Assembly (NCBI GenBank): GCA_963848965.1
Contig: CAWKFG010000004.1
Coordinates: forward strand, 640,001-704,000
Source: an uncultured bacterium
GTDB lineage: Bacteria; Babelota; Babeliae; Babelales; Babelaceae
Direction: 5' to 3'
DNA length: 64,000 nucleotides
The number at the start of each line of letters is the position of its first letter. The first letter of the stretch is position 1. The translations under genes were made by a program, and so were the position numbers. Below, piece by piece: positions 11,264 through 20,465 of this stretch. The notes under the pieces were generated by a model. That model worked only from the letters and a program-made list of their open reading frames with translations, did no database searches and was not told the origin of the DNA.

Positions 11264-11631
11264 TAAGTGTTGGCATTGATGCAGTAGAAATAGAACGGTT
11301 TAAAGATTGGCATACTTATTCAGTAAAAAAGTTGCATCGCCTCTTTACAGAAAAAGAAATTGCCTATTGTATAAGTATTCCAGAAAAAGCTGCTGAACGT
11401 TTTGCTGTACGTTTTGCTGCTAAAGAAGCCTTTTACAAAGCTCTGAGCTCTCTTCATGAGACACCTTTGTCTTTTCTTAAAGTTTGTAAATACACTGAAG
11501 TACAAAAGAAACTACATGGAGCAGCTTTTCTTTCTGTTGATTGGAAAGCTTTAAGATTGGCTCCTTATGCTTTATCTTGTTCTCTTTCACATACAAATAC
11601 CACAGCTCTAGCAGTTGTCATTATGTCCTAA
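11260..11631 (+). CDS. acpS: Holo-[acyl-carrier-protein] synthase
   Basis: VGIDAVEIERF, FTEKE..YC, RFAAKEAFYKA, SLSH; ATGA overlap with comM. Confidence 0.92.
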   Translation: MISVGIDAVEIERFKDWHTYSVKKLHRLFTEKEIAYCISIPEKAAERFAVRFAAKEAFYKALSSLHETPLSFLKVCKYTEVQKKLHGAAFLSVDWKALRLAPYALSCSLSHTNTTALAVVIMS

Positions 11632-11742
11632 AACTCTCTATTAAAAAATAAATAGACTCATCTGCCAATAAATTATTGCTATTTTTTTATAATTTTTTGT
11701 ATTATAGAGTGTAGTTTAAATAATTTAATTAAGGAGCTATGT

Positions 11743-12636
11743 ATGTACTATATATTACTTTTTTTTACTCTTTTGGCACATATGGCACTTCAAGGCATGG
11801 AGCAGGAGCAAGGAATCAAAGGCTTTTTGAGTTTATTGTCTCCAGATTTAAAATCTGAACTTACAAAATACGCTGATACCAAGGTAGACCTTTTACCTAA
11901 AGAGCTTCAAGCAGAACTTGTTCAGTTCCTTGTGGGACGGGCTGCCCAACCATTTGTTAAGCTGGATTGGCAAGAGCTTATAGAACTTGCGCGTAATCTT
12001 AAACCCATTTTCTTGCAAGCAACAGATGCAAAGAAGATTGATCAGATTTTTTCCCAAGCGGGTTTTGGAATGCCTGAGAAAGGTAAAATCGCTGGTTCAG
12101 TAAAGTATGATATATATGGTGCTTATTTGATCGCTTCTGTTTTAAATATACCTGCAGTAACTGCGTGGTTAAAAGATCAATTGAAAAAGAGTGCAGAATG
12201 GACATGGAACGCGCAAAGCGTACTCGTAGATATCGTACGTGAACTGGGCAAGTTAAAGCAGGAAGGAGTAAAGGGGACAGTTCTTTCAGAAAAACAAAAA
12301 GAGCTTGTATCAACTTTAGAAAATAGTATAAAAACCCTCCTTGCACTAGGCGTCAATGTTAATAGTTATCATTCTCCACTGTACCCAGTTTCTCCCTTGG
12401 CAGCGGCAGCAGGTACTGCTGACTTTGAAACCGTACGTCTTTTAGTAAATCACGGTGCAAATGTAAATTATCATTATATACGAGAATCTGGGGTATCAAG
12501 ATATGACAGAGGACCTACTCCCTTAGAAACAGCCTTAATGGGTCAGCATGATGCAAGACAAAATCATCAAGAAGAGCTTGTAAAAAAGTTTGACGAAATC
12601 ATTAAGTACTTAAAGAGTAAAGGGGCTGTCGAATAA
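11743..12636 (+). CDS. Secreted protein with N-terminal F-box-like motifs and C-terminal ankyrin repeats
   Basis: Signal peptide ending ALQG-ME; LLPKELQAELVQFL; ANK repeats SPLAAAA..VRLLVNHGANVN and TPLETAL; AAGGAG RBS. Confidence 0.75.
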   Translation: MYYILLFFTLLAHMALQGMEQEQGIKGFLSLLSPDLKSELTKYADTKVDLLPKELQAELVQFLVGRAAQPFVKLDWQELIELARNLKPIFLQATDAKKIDQIFSQAGFGMPEKGKIAGSVKYDIYGAYLIASVLNIPAVTAWLKDQLKKSAEWTWNAQSVLVDIVRELGKLKQEGVKGTVLSEKQKELVSTLENSIKTLLALGVNVNSYHSPLYPVSPLAAAAGTADFETVRLLVNHGANVNYHYIRESGVSRYDRGPTPLETALMGQHDARQNHQEELVKKFDEIIKYLKSKGAVE

Positions 12637-12782
12637 AGCACATTGTTTAGGCCAAATTTCAAGGTATTACCGTAAGATTTGGCCATACTTTATTCCAATC
12701 TTCTAATTTTTTCATATATTTCGTAGAGCTACTTAAAAGTACAGCGCAAAATGACGACAATTTGTATACCCTTTTCTCTACC

Positions 12783-14558
12783 TTAGGCTGTTTTCTCTTT
12801 ACTTACAATAAAGCCTTTAACTATAAGCTGCAATAGAATAGCATTATCGTCTGTTTGTGCAATCTTTTTAATAAGGTCTATGCCTGGCCGCGCTCCTGCT
12901 TGTATAAGTCTATGAGCTAGTTCCTTATTTTCTTTCTTTAAAGCATAAGCAAGTGCTGATTTACCTTCTGCATCACAAATATTGATTGCTCTTTCTGCCT
13001 TTTCTAATTCTTGTTTAAGAGCAGCTTGTTTTACAGGATTTGTCTCTTGCTTTAAGAGAGTACTTATATCTTTTATTTTTCTTTCATAGGCTTGAGCAAG
13101 AAGTTGTACAGCATCTTTATGACCATACATAATAGCATATATTAACGCTGTACGACCCTGAGGATCTTGAGCATTAAGATACCATAATGGTATATCTACT
13201 CTTAGCAGCTGTTCTAATGCTTCTTTATGTCCAAGCATACTCGCCCACATTAGTACTGTCATATGAAAGCAGTGCGTATGATCACCCGTTTCTTTTTGTA
13301 GCAAATAGTGTGTTGAAGGGTTAACCTGACACAATCTGATGTATTTACTCTTTTCAAAACAATGCTCTCTATGCCATTGTGCATAAGATACCGGTTCACT
13401 TCTATAAAGATCTAGTACCGGTAGACTATAACAAGCGTTTAAAAGTAGTCGACTTTCTGCTGGAAGAGCACCAAAGCGCGGTACTCTATTCATATCATCA
13501 CGTGTAAACTTTGCTGAGTGCTTAAGAAGTAAAGCTACAACCTCTGGATCTGATGCTTGCATTAAAGCAGTTTCCATAGAAGCAGAATTGTCGCGCATAT
13601 TAACATCAGCTCCTGCCTCTATAAGCATTTCTGCCATTTGTCTAGATCCTTTACTTGCAGCAACCATTAAAGCACTTCTACCATTCTTATCCTGAATATC
13701 AACACGAGCACCACGAGTTATAAGTATCTTAGCTACTTGCTGATGACCATGTCTTACTGCCAGCTCTAAAGCACTAGTTCCAAATTCATCTTGAGCATTA
13801 ACATTTGCTCCTGCAGCTATTAGTAGCTCTGCGAGCTCTTCAAATCCCTTATCTCCTCCTTTTAGAATATCATGCTCTTTAAGACTATAACTTGCTGCTT
13901 CCATTAATGCAGGATCACCCTTACTACTTTGAGCATTAACATCAGCACCATGAGCTAGGAGTAATTTTACCACTTTTTTAAATCCATACCTTGTAGCAAT
14001 TCTTAAAGGTGATTCGCCATTACGATCTTCCACATTAACAAGGGCACCTGCCTTAAGAAGTATCTTTGTTATTTCTTCATCACCATCCCACATTGCAAAT
14101 AGTACAGCAGTTTGCCCATCACTATGAGCTTGTATGTTAACGTCTGCCTTTTGCTCTATCAATATATTTATTACTTCTTTATAGACACCCTTAGCACAAT
14201 ATTTCACCATAGATCTTACGGCATATATCAAAGCGGTCCAGCCATAAGTATCTTGAGCATTAACATGAGCACCGTGGGCTATAAGGAGCCTTACCAGCTC
14301 TTTGTGCCCCTTTTTTGCAGCTAGCAGAAGAGCAGTGCGTCCTTTATCATCAGATACCTCAATAGCAGCTCCTTTTTCTAAAAGCCTTAGAACTTCAATG
14401 CAATCTCCCCTTTGAGCAGTTTCTAATAAAGCTTTATCACTGCTATTTTCTCTTTTAACTCTCTTAGCTTGTATCTTTTCATCTTCGTACTCTCTTTTCA
14501 TTGCCTCTGTAGAGAGAAAGACACTTATACAACACAATGCAAAAAACACTTTATACAT
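12783..14558 (-). CDS. Secreted ankyrin-repeat protein (591 aa)
   Basis: Canonical ANK repeats (GRTALLLAA, GWTALIYAV, GESPLRIA, GRSALMVAA); signal peptide ending STEA-MKR. Confidence 0.93.
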   Translation of the reverse strand: MYKVFFALCCISVFLSTEAMKREYEDEKIQAKRVKRENSSDKALLETAQRGDCIEVLRLLEKGAAIEVSDDKGRTALLLAAKKGHKELVRLLIAHGAHVNAQDTYGWTALIYAVRSMVKYCAKGVYKEVINILIEQKADVNIQAHSDGQTAVLFAMWDGDEEITKILLKAGALVNVEDRNGESPLRIATRYGFKKVVKLLLAHGADVNAQSSKGDPALMEAASYSLKEHDILKGGDKGFEELAELLIAAGANVNAQDEFGTSALELAVRHGHQQVAKILITRGARVDIQDKNGRSALMVAASKGSRQMAEMLIEAGADVNMRDNSASMETALMQASDPEVVALLLKHSAKFTRDDMNRVPRFGALPAESRLLLNACYSLPVLDLYRSEPVSYAQWHREHCFEKSKYIRLCQVNPSTHYLLQKETGDHTHCFHMTVLMWASMLGHKEALEQLLRVDIPLWYLNAQDPQGRTALIYAIMYGHKDAVQLLAQAYERKIKDISTLLKQETNPVKQAALKQELEKAERAINICDAEGKSALAYALKKENKELAHRLIQAGARPGIDLIKKIAQTDDNAILLQLIVKGFIVSKEKTA

Positions 14559-14732
14559 AATTTACCTTTTAATAAAATTAAATCTTATTAACCAATTATA
14601 ATAAATTTTCAAAAATAGTATATTCATAAAATATAAGAAAGCCCTCTCAAGAGCTTATTTTTTCCCCTTTTGCAAAAAGGCAAAACAGCTCTTATTCTAA
14701 AACGCTCAATATGTCGATATACAGCAAAAAAT

Positions 14733-14760
14733 TTGACAAATCATAAAAATCATTTAAACT
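14733..14760 (+). promoter_or_regulatory. Putative sigma70 promoter for tRNA-fMet
   Basis: TTGACA (14733-38), 16-nt spacer, TAAACT (14755-60), 44 nt upstream of the tRNA. Confidence 0.55.
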
Positions 14761-14804
14761 TAGTAATGTATAGGTAATACACCTAGAAAATTCAAAAGAT
14801 TCAT

Positions 14805-14881
<77 letters not shown>

Positions 14882-14918
14882 ATTTCTCTTCCTTAATGAT
14901 ACATCTTTAGGAATTACA

Positions 14919-15488
14919 GTGAAAAACTCACTTCTTTTTGTTACTACAAATACTGGTAAATTTGAAGAAGTTACACGCTGGATCAATCAACTAAATCCAA
15001 CTATTATACTTGAACAAGCTTCTTTAGATATCTCAGAACCCCAAAGTCTTGATATCCATACAGTTGCCCTTGCAAAAGCGCAAGAGGCCTGGAAACTCCT
15101 AAAAAAACCACTTCTTATAGATGATGGTGGTATCTACATTGAAAAGTATAATAACTTTCCGGGAACGCTTGCTAAATATGTGTTTGAAGGGATAGGACTT
15201 GAAGGTATATGGACACTGGCTAAAGAAGATCCACGTACCTACTTTTTAAGCTGTCTTACCTATCTTGAACATCCATGCTCTTACCAATTTTTTGAAGGAA
15301 GATGTTATGGAAAGCTCATTGAGCCTCAACATGAAGTAAAAAGTAAGCACTTGCCTTATACTGAGATTTTTATACCTGATGGTAGTACAAAAACACTTTC
15401 AGAGCTTCGTGGTACAGAAGAAGAAAAAGCATTTCACCACAGGTTTAAAGCACTACAAGTACTTCTTTCTTGGCTTAAACATCATTAA
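14919..15488 (+). CDS. Ham1/RdgB-family non-canonical purine NTP pyrophosphatase
   Basis: FVTTNTGKFEE, EPQ..A..KA..A, IDDGG.YI...FPG...K, IFIPDG..KT.SE, HR near C-terminus; GTG start. Confidence 0.88.
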   Translation: MKNSLLFVTTNTGKFEEVTRWINQLNPTIILEQASLDISEPQSLDIHTVALAKAQEAWKLLKKPLLIDDGGIYIEKYNNFPGTLAKYVFEGIGLEGIWTLAKEDPRTYFLSCLTYLEHPCSYQFFEGRCYGKLIEPQHEVKSKHLPYTEIFIPDGSTKTLSELRGTEEEKAFHHRFKALQVLLSWLKHH

Positions 15489-15919
15489 CTACGATGAAGA
15501 GATAAAAATTTATCAGCCATTCGTAATATTTGTTGAGCATTCGTATAGGTTAACTGCTTAACTGCTTCACGAAGAGGAAGCCACTTAAAATATAAGTGTT
15601 CTGACGAAAGAGTTACCTCTTTTGTAGAAGCTTTTCCTACAAAGTAAGTTACTGTTTTATATACAAGCTCATTAGTATGATCTTTAAAAATGTAGGATAA
15701 TTTTTGCTCAAAGCCTGGATGTACTTCTACCGTTAATCCAGTTTCTTCACGAAGTTCCCTTACTGCAGCTTCTTCATTGGTTTCTGAACTTTCTAACTTC
15801 CCTTTAGGAAGATCCCAATAGCCTCGTCGTGAATGTAAAATAAGATAATTACGCTGAATCTGGTCATTAACTATCTCATTATAATAGGTAATAATACCTG
15901 CTGAATATTCGTTTTTCAT
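15485..15919 (-). CDS. Nudix hydrolase, Ap4A-hydrolase-like
   Basis: SAGII, WDLPKG and Nudix box GKLESSETNEEAAVRELREETGL, LSSEH...WL. Confidence 0.9.
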   Translation of the reverse strand: MKNEYSAGIITYYNEIVNDQIQRNYLILHSRRGYWDLPKGKLESSETNEEAAVRELREETGLTVEVHPGFEQKLSYIFKDHTNELVYKTVTYFVGKASTKEVTLSSEHLYFKWLPLREAVKQLTYTNAQQILRMADKFLSLHRS

Positions 15920-16003
15920 GATTGTCCGCTGTAATCAAAAGTTTATGACATTGAGTAGTTAGTATACCAATGCAAAACAGAGTGATCAACAGCTCTATTG
16001 TTT

Positions 16004-16426
16004 TTATACAGCATGTTGCTCTAAAAACTGGTCTGCTTTACTTACAGCCTCTCTATCTTTTTCATACGTCAAATGTATAACAGCATCATGAAGAGCAAGC
16101 CACTTAAAATCTTCATGTTCATCAGACAGCACAACATCAGTACTCAAAGCCCGTCCTACAAAGAAGGTAACCTCTTTGCGTATAAGCTGCCGAGATTTAT
16201 CTCTAAAAATATAGGAATGAGATTCTTCAAACCCAGAGCGGACTTGAGCTTCAAGTCCAGTTTCCTCTTTAAGCTCACGATGAGCTGCCTGTATCTTTGT
16301 TTCACCATGTTCTACTCTTCCTTTAGGAAGTCCCCAATATTGTGGATGGTAACACAAGATAAGATACTTTCGTATCCCATCAATTTCGTGATACACAATA
16401 ATGCCAGCTGAATACTCTTGTTTCAT
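16004..16426 (-). CDS. Nudix hydrolase, Ap4A-hydrolase-like (tandem paralog)
   Basis: SAGIIVY, WGLPKGRVEHGETKIQAAHRELKEETGL, LSDEH..FKWL. Confidence 0.9.
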   Translation of the reverse strand: MKQEYSAGIIVYHEIDGIRKYLILCYHPQYWGLPKGRVEHGETKIQAAHRELKEETGLEAQVRSGFEESHSYIFRDKSRQLIRKEVTFFVGRALSTDVVLSDEHEDFKWLALHDAVIHLTYEKDREAVSKADQFLEQHAV

Positions 16427-16445
16427 GTTTAAACCTTAATTATTA

Positions 16446-17354
16446 TTATGTTAGCAAAGCAGTAGTAATATAGCTCCCATCCTCAGATGGTATCATCATA
16501 CGAATAACGTTTGCTAGCATTTTCCATTGCCCAAGCTTTCGTGCTAACCATAAAGTTCTAGCAGGTACCTTTATAGGGTTGTTTGCCTCTCTTGGGAGCA
16601 TATGAAGCATATCATTAAAGATTCCTAAATTTTCAGATCGTAGAGCATGATCAAGCGCACAATCTTCACTATCATCTTTAAGATAGAGCCCATTACCACT
16701 TTTAGGTATAAGGAGACGCGCTATATCAAAATTTTTGCATAACAGTGCATACATAAGCGCTGTATAACCGTATTTATCTTGTGCATTCACAAACCATTGA
16801 GGGCATGTATCAACAATTGCTTGCACTACATCTCCATCTCCCATAATACTTGCCCACATAAGCACCGTTTGTTTACAACTCGTTCTTTCATACATTCCTT
16901 GAATACAGCTGTTAATTACATCATTTGATGTTTTATAGTTCTTAAACTCAGGAGATTGAAAGACATTAACAAGATAACACACAAAGGGATATTGATGCAA
17001 AGAAGATTGAATCTGGTTACAACTATCAAACGATGAACAGTCTAAGCCGTATGAGACAAGATAAGCAAGTATATCAATCTTCTGATAAGCTATAATATTA
17101 GTAAACCAATCAACAGGAACCGTATTAAGATCAATTTTTACATACTTAAGAAGAATAGCAAGAGGCTCTAGTCTACCAAAGAGAAGTGATTTGATAAATA
17201 TATGCCACATAGCAGCGTCAGACGTAATTTTTAACTTAATCACCTTTTCAAGAGTATCATTATTTGCATATAAAAGAAGCTCTTCTACTGCTCGCTCAGA
17301 AAGAGGCACCCCTAGGTCTATAAGAAAGCAGACAAAACCTTCTCTTTTTTTCAA
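16446..17354 (-). CDS. Ankyrin-repeat protein, C-terminal half of a frameshift-split gene
   Basis: Carries the family C-terminal module QTVLMWASIMG...PQWFVNAQDKYGYTALMYA; weak TTG start and no signal peptide; the frame stays open upstream into the end of 17378..18619. Confidence 0.75.
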   Translation of the reverse strand: MKKREGFVCFLIDLGVPLSERAVEELLLYANNDTLEKVIKLKITSDAAMWHIFIKSLLFGRLEPLAILLKYVKIDLNTVPVDWFTNIIAYQKIDILAYLVSYGLDCSSFDSCNQIQSSLHQYPFVCYLVNVFQSPEFKNYKTSNDVINSCIQGMYERTSCKQTVLMWASIMGDGDVVQAIVDTCPQWFVNAQDKYGYTALMYALLCKNFDIARLLIPKSGNGLYLKDDSEDCALDHALRSENLGIFNDMLHMLPREANNPIKVPARTLWLARKLGQWKMLANVIRMMIPSEDGSYITTALLT

Positions 17355-17377
17355 TACAGCCTCTTCTAATACTTGAG

Positions 17378-18619
17378 TTAAATCTCTGGAGAAGCATTAC
17401 AAGCTTTTGACTGTAAAAGAAGTTGCATAATTTGCGATGTACTATTTCCCAATACTTCTAATGCTTCTCGGATATCAGATCTAATAACTTCAGCGGCTCG
17501 ACGAGTATGAGTAGGAGGTACCAAAGAAATTTTTGCACCTGCTTGTATCAATCTTTGAATTATTCTCTTATCTCTTATCTTTACTGCTTCTATAAGAGCA
17601 TCTCCCTGTTTTACGTTTACTTGTGCTCCCGCTTTTATAAGCTCATCAACAACGTACAAATGCCCGCCTTTTATTGCAGCACACAAAACATATCCTTCAT
17701 GCACTTTGCCAACATAATTAATATCTGCGCCAGCTGTAATAAGCAGCTTTACTGCATTTATATGTCCTCGAGAAGCTGCATGCGTAACAGCACTTATATA
17801 ATCGTGTGAGATCCCATTCGGATTTGCTCCATAATCAAGTAATTTTTGTATAACTTCAACGGAACCTCCACGTGCTGCATATGCAAGAGCTTGGTTATGC
17901 GAGTCTCTAACATCAACACCCTTTTTAATAAGCCTTTCTACAAGGTCAACATCACCTAGTAAAGCAGCATAATTAAGAAACGTTTCTTCTTCGTCTTGTG
18001 GAATCTCTTTAATACGATCCATAAATAGTTTTACAAGCTCCTTATATCCTTTAAAGGCAGCTCTACCAATAGCAGTCCAATGCTCTGTATCTGTAACATT
18101 AAGTAAAGCACCTGCTTCTAAAAGAGCCAAAGCTGTCTCTAAATATCCATATTGAGCAGCTTCTATAAGAGCAAGCGAAAGTTCTCTTTTATTAACTTGT
18201 TTTCCATATGCTTGTATAAGCATTAAAACAATTTCAGTATATCCACGAGCAGCTGCATAGAGCAAAGCAGTAAACCTATTATTTTTAGCATCTATGGTAG
18301 CATGTCGTTCTAAAAGCAAAGAAACAAGGGCCTTATGTCCATAGCGTGCAGCAACCATTAAAGGTGTATCGTTATCACTATTAAGACTATCAACAGATAT
18401 ACCGGTATCAAGCATTTTCTGCACTTCTTCAACATTGCCCTGCACAATTCTTTTAAATAGTTTATCTTGAAGAGCTATATACCGTTGATAGTATACAGAG
18501 CGTACTCTATCATAATCCGAATCTTCACCTGAATCTTCATCGCTTGAATACTCCATACAAATACTAGAGAAACAAATAGTTATTACTAATAAAAAAGCAA
18601 GAAATTGTTTTGAATTCAT
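17378..18619 (-). CDS. Secreted ankyrin-repeat protein, N-terminal half of a frameshift-split gene
   Basis: Signal peptide ending SSIC-ME, acidic tract, ANK repeats (DTPLMVAA, FTALLYAA, QALAYAA). Confidence 0.85.
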   Translation of the reverse strand: MNSKQFLAFLLVITICFSSICMEYSSDEDSGEDSDYDRVRSVYYQRYIALQDKLFKRIVQGNVEEVQKMLDTGISVDSLNSDNDTPLMVAARYGHKALVSLLLERHATIDAKNNRFTALLYAAARGYTEIVLMLIQAYGKQVNKRELSLALIEAAQYGYLETALALLEAGALLNVTDTEHWTAIGRAAFKGYKELVKLFMDRIKEIPQDEEETFLNYAALLGDVDLVERLIKKGVDVRDSHNQALAYAARGGSVEVIQKLLDYGANPNGISHDYISAVTHAASRGHINAVKLLITAGADINYVGKVHEGYVLCAAIKGGHLYVVDELIKAGAQVNVKQGDALIEAVKIRDKRIIQRLIQAGAKISLVPPTHTRRAAEVIRSDIREALEVLGNSTSQIMQLLLQSKACNASPEI

Positions 18620-18749
18620 ACACCAACCTATTGCGATATAAAGTTATAGATGTATCTTACGATAAAGCAAACAAAAAATATAGATAAAGACTCACAAAAT
18701 CTTTTAAAGATTCCGTATGACGAGTTCTATATACAATCTTTAGTATAAG

Positions 18750-20366
18750 TTACTCTAAAAAATGCAGCGCTATCTTAAACTGCCGCCGTAAGAGGTATAA
18801 AGCTCCAAAGAATGCAAGGGACAAAGGTCCTATCCACAGCCAAAGCCCTATGCTATGCAAAAGAAATTCACTATACTGCGGGACAAGAAATTCAATACCT
18901 TTTACTATTACTTTATATGTAAGATAAAAAGGAAGAGAAACCACTGCCAGTTGTCCCAAATACCTCAAAATAAAGAGAAGGAAATTATTGGTATATAAAG
19001 CAAAATTAAATTTATAGCGCAAAACAAGAATAAAAAGAATTGACTGAACTACTGCAGAAAGCGGTGTAGCAATAGCAATACCAAGTGCTCCTAAATAAGG
19101 AACAAACAGACGATTTAAGAGAAAGTTAATAAGCGCTCCTATAAATGTAATAAACGTAGGAAGTAACGTTTCATGCATCGAATAGTAGATACTTAAAATT
19201 ACTTTGTTTAAAGAGAAAAAGAAAAGACCTAGTAAAAAAGCCTGCAATAGAAGTCCTGCTTCTTGTGCTTGTTCTAAAGAAAAATTTCCTGCAATCTTAT
19301 AAAAGATAGTATAGAAAATATCATAAGAAAAAAAGCTCATTAAAAGCATTACTGGAGCAGTTACCCATAAAATAAATTTAGCAGATTCTAATAAATAAAA
19401 ACTTAATCGCTTAGGTGCATACGTAGTTATACGTGAAAAATGGGGAAGCAAAATAGAAGAAAATGCTACAGCAAATGCACCAAGAGCTATTGTCATAAAA
19501 CGTGAAGATAAATTAAGCAATGTTACAGAGCCTGCTGGCAAATCTGAAGCAAATCGAGCGTCAATTAAGAGATTAATTTCTACAGCACTCACACTTATAA
19601 GTGCAGGAAAGAATTTTACCATTACTTCTTTAAAATACTGCCAGGCAATAGCATCAGGCCACAAAAAGCGAAATTTAAGCTTTAGATAAACAATTAAGTA
19701 GACAAGTAATTGTATGAGTGCCCCAAACAGAAGAAAGTAAGCAAAATATTCTACTGGTAATCCATATCTAATTGCTATTATAAGGCCCCCTATATACACA
19801 ACGTTCAATAATGCAGGGCCCCAGGAAGGCACTGTAAAATGATGCTTTGCTTGCATAGCCCCAGCAAGTAATGCTCCACTAAAAATAAATAAAATAAAAA
19901 AGATAAGAATACGAATAAGATTGATTGCAGTTACTAATTCAACTGTTTTATGCATAAAACCAGGAGCAAAGAGCAAAATAACAAGGTGCGGAAAAAAAAG
20001 TACAATGATGCACAACAGTATAATTACTGAGCCTATTACCATATGAGTAAGTGTTAAAAGCTTACTTGCTTCATCTTCATTCTCATTTCTCATTATTTTA
20101 ACAAGTGTAGGAACAAAAGCTGCGCTTAACGCACCTTCTGCAAATATTTTGCGCAACACATTAGGAATCTTAAACGCTATATTAAAGGCATCAGACAAAG
20201 CACCTACTCCAAGATATTTCACTTGCAGCACTTCACGTGCTATACCTAAAAACTTACTTAAAAGAAGTGAACTTCCTACCTGTACTGTTTTTTTTAGAAT
20301 AGATTTTTTGTGTAACCGTGTTTGCATAAACCCTAAAAACCCGTATATCTTTTTATTTTTAAGCAT
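18750..20366 (-). CDS. murJ: Lipid II flippase MurJ (MviN)
   Basis: SKFLGIARE, SDAFNIAFKIPNVLRKIFAEGALSAAFVP, D..FAS.L..GSV; multi-pass membrane protein; true start may be ATG 20327. Confidence 0.95.
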   Translation of the reverse strand: MLKNKKIYGFLGFMQTRLHKKSILKKTVQVGSSLLLSKFLGIAREVLQVKYLGVGALSDAFNIAFKIPNVLRKIFAEGALSAAFVPTLVKIMRNENEDEASKLLTLTHMVIGSVIILLCIIVLFFPHLVILLFAPGFMHKTVELVTAINLIRILIFFILFIFSGALLAGAMQAKHHFTVPSWGPALLNVVYIGGLIIAIRYGLPVEYFAYFLLFGALIQLLVYLIVYLKLKFRFLWPDAIAWQYFKEVMVKFFPALISVSAVEINLLIDARFASDLPAGSVTLLNLSSRFMTIALGAFAVAFSSILLPHFSRITTYAPKRLSFYLLESAKFILWVTAPVMLLMSFFSYDIFYTIFYKIAGNFSLEQAQEAGLLLQAFLLGLFFFSLNKVILSIYYSMHETLLPTFITFIGALINFLLNRLFVPYLGALGIAIATPLSAVVQSILFILVLRYKFNFALYTNNFLLFILRYLGQLAVVSLPFYLTYKVIVKGIEFLVPQYSEFLLHSIGLWLWIGPLSLAFFGALYLLRRQFKIALHFLE

Positions 20367-20465
20367 AGCAAAATACCTATATTTGTAAAAAAGGCGTTAT
20401 TTTATTGCTTTTTGAATTTTTTAATATTTATACTAAAGATAAAGGAGACCGTAGCAAGGATTGTC

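Noticed and set aside
12650..12684. GGCCAAAT...ATTTGGCC inverted repeat after the F-box/ANK gene
   Set aside because: 8-bp stem with a 19-nt loop and no clear U-tract; too weak to call a terminator.
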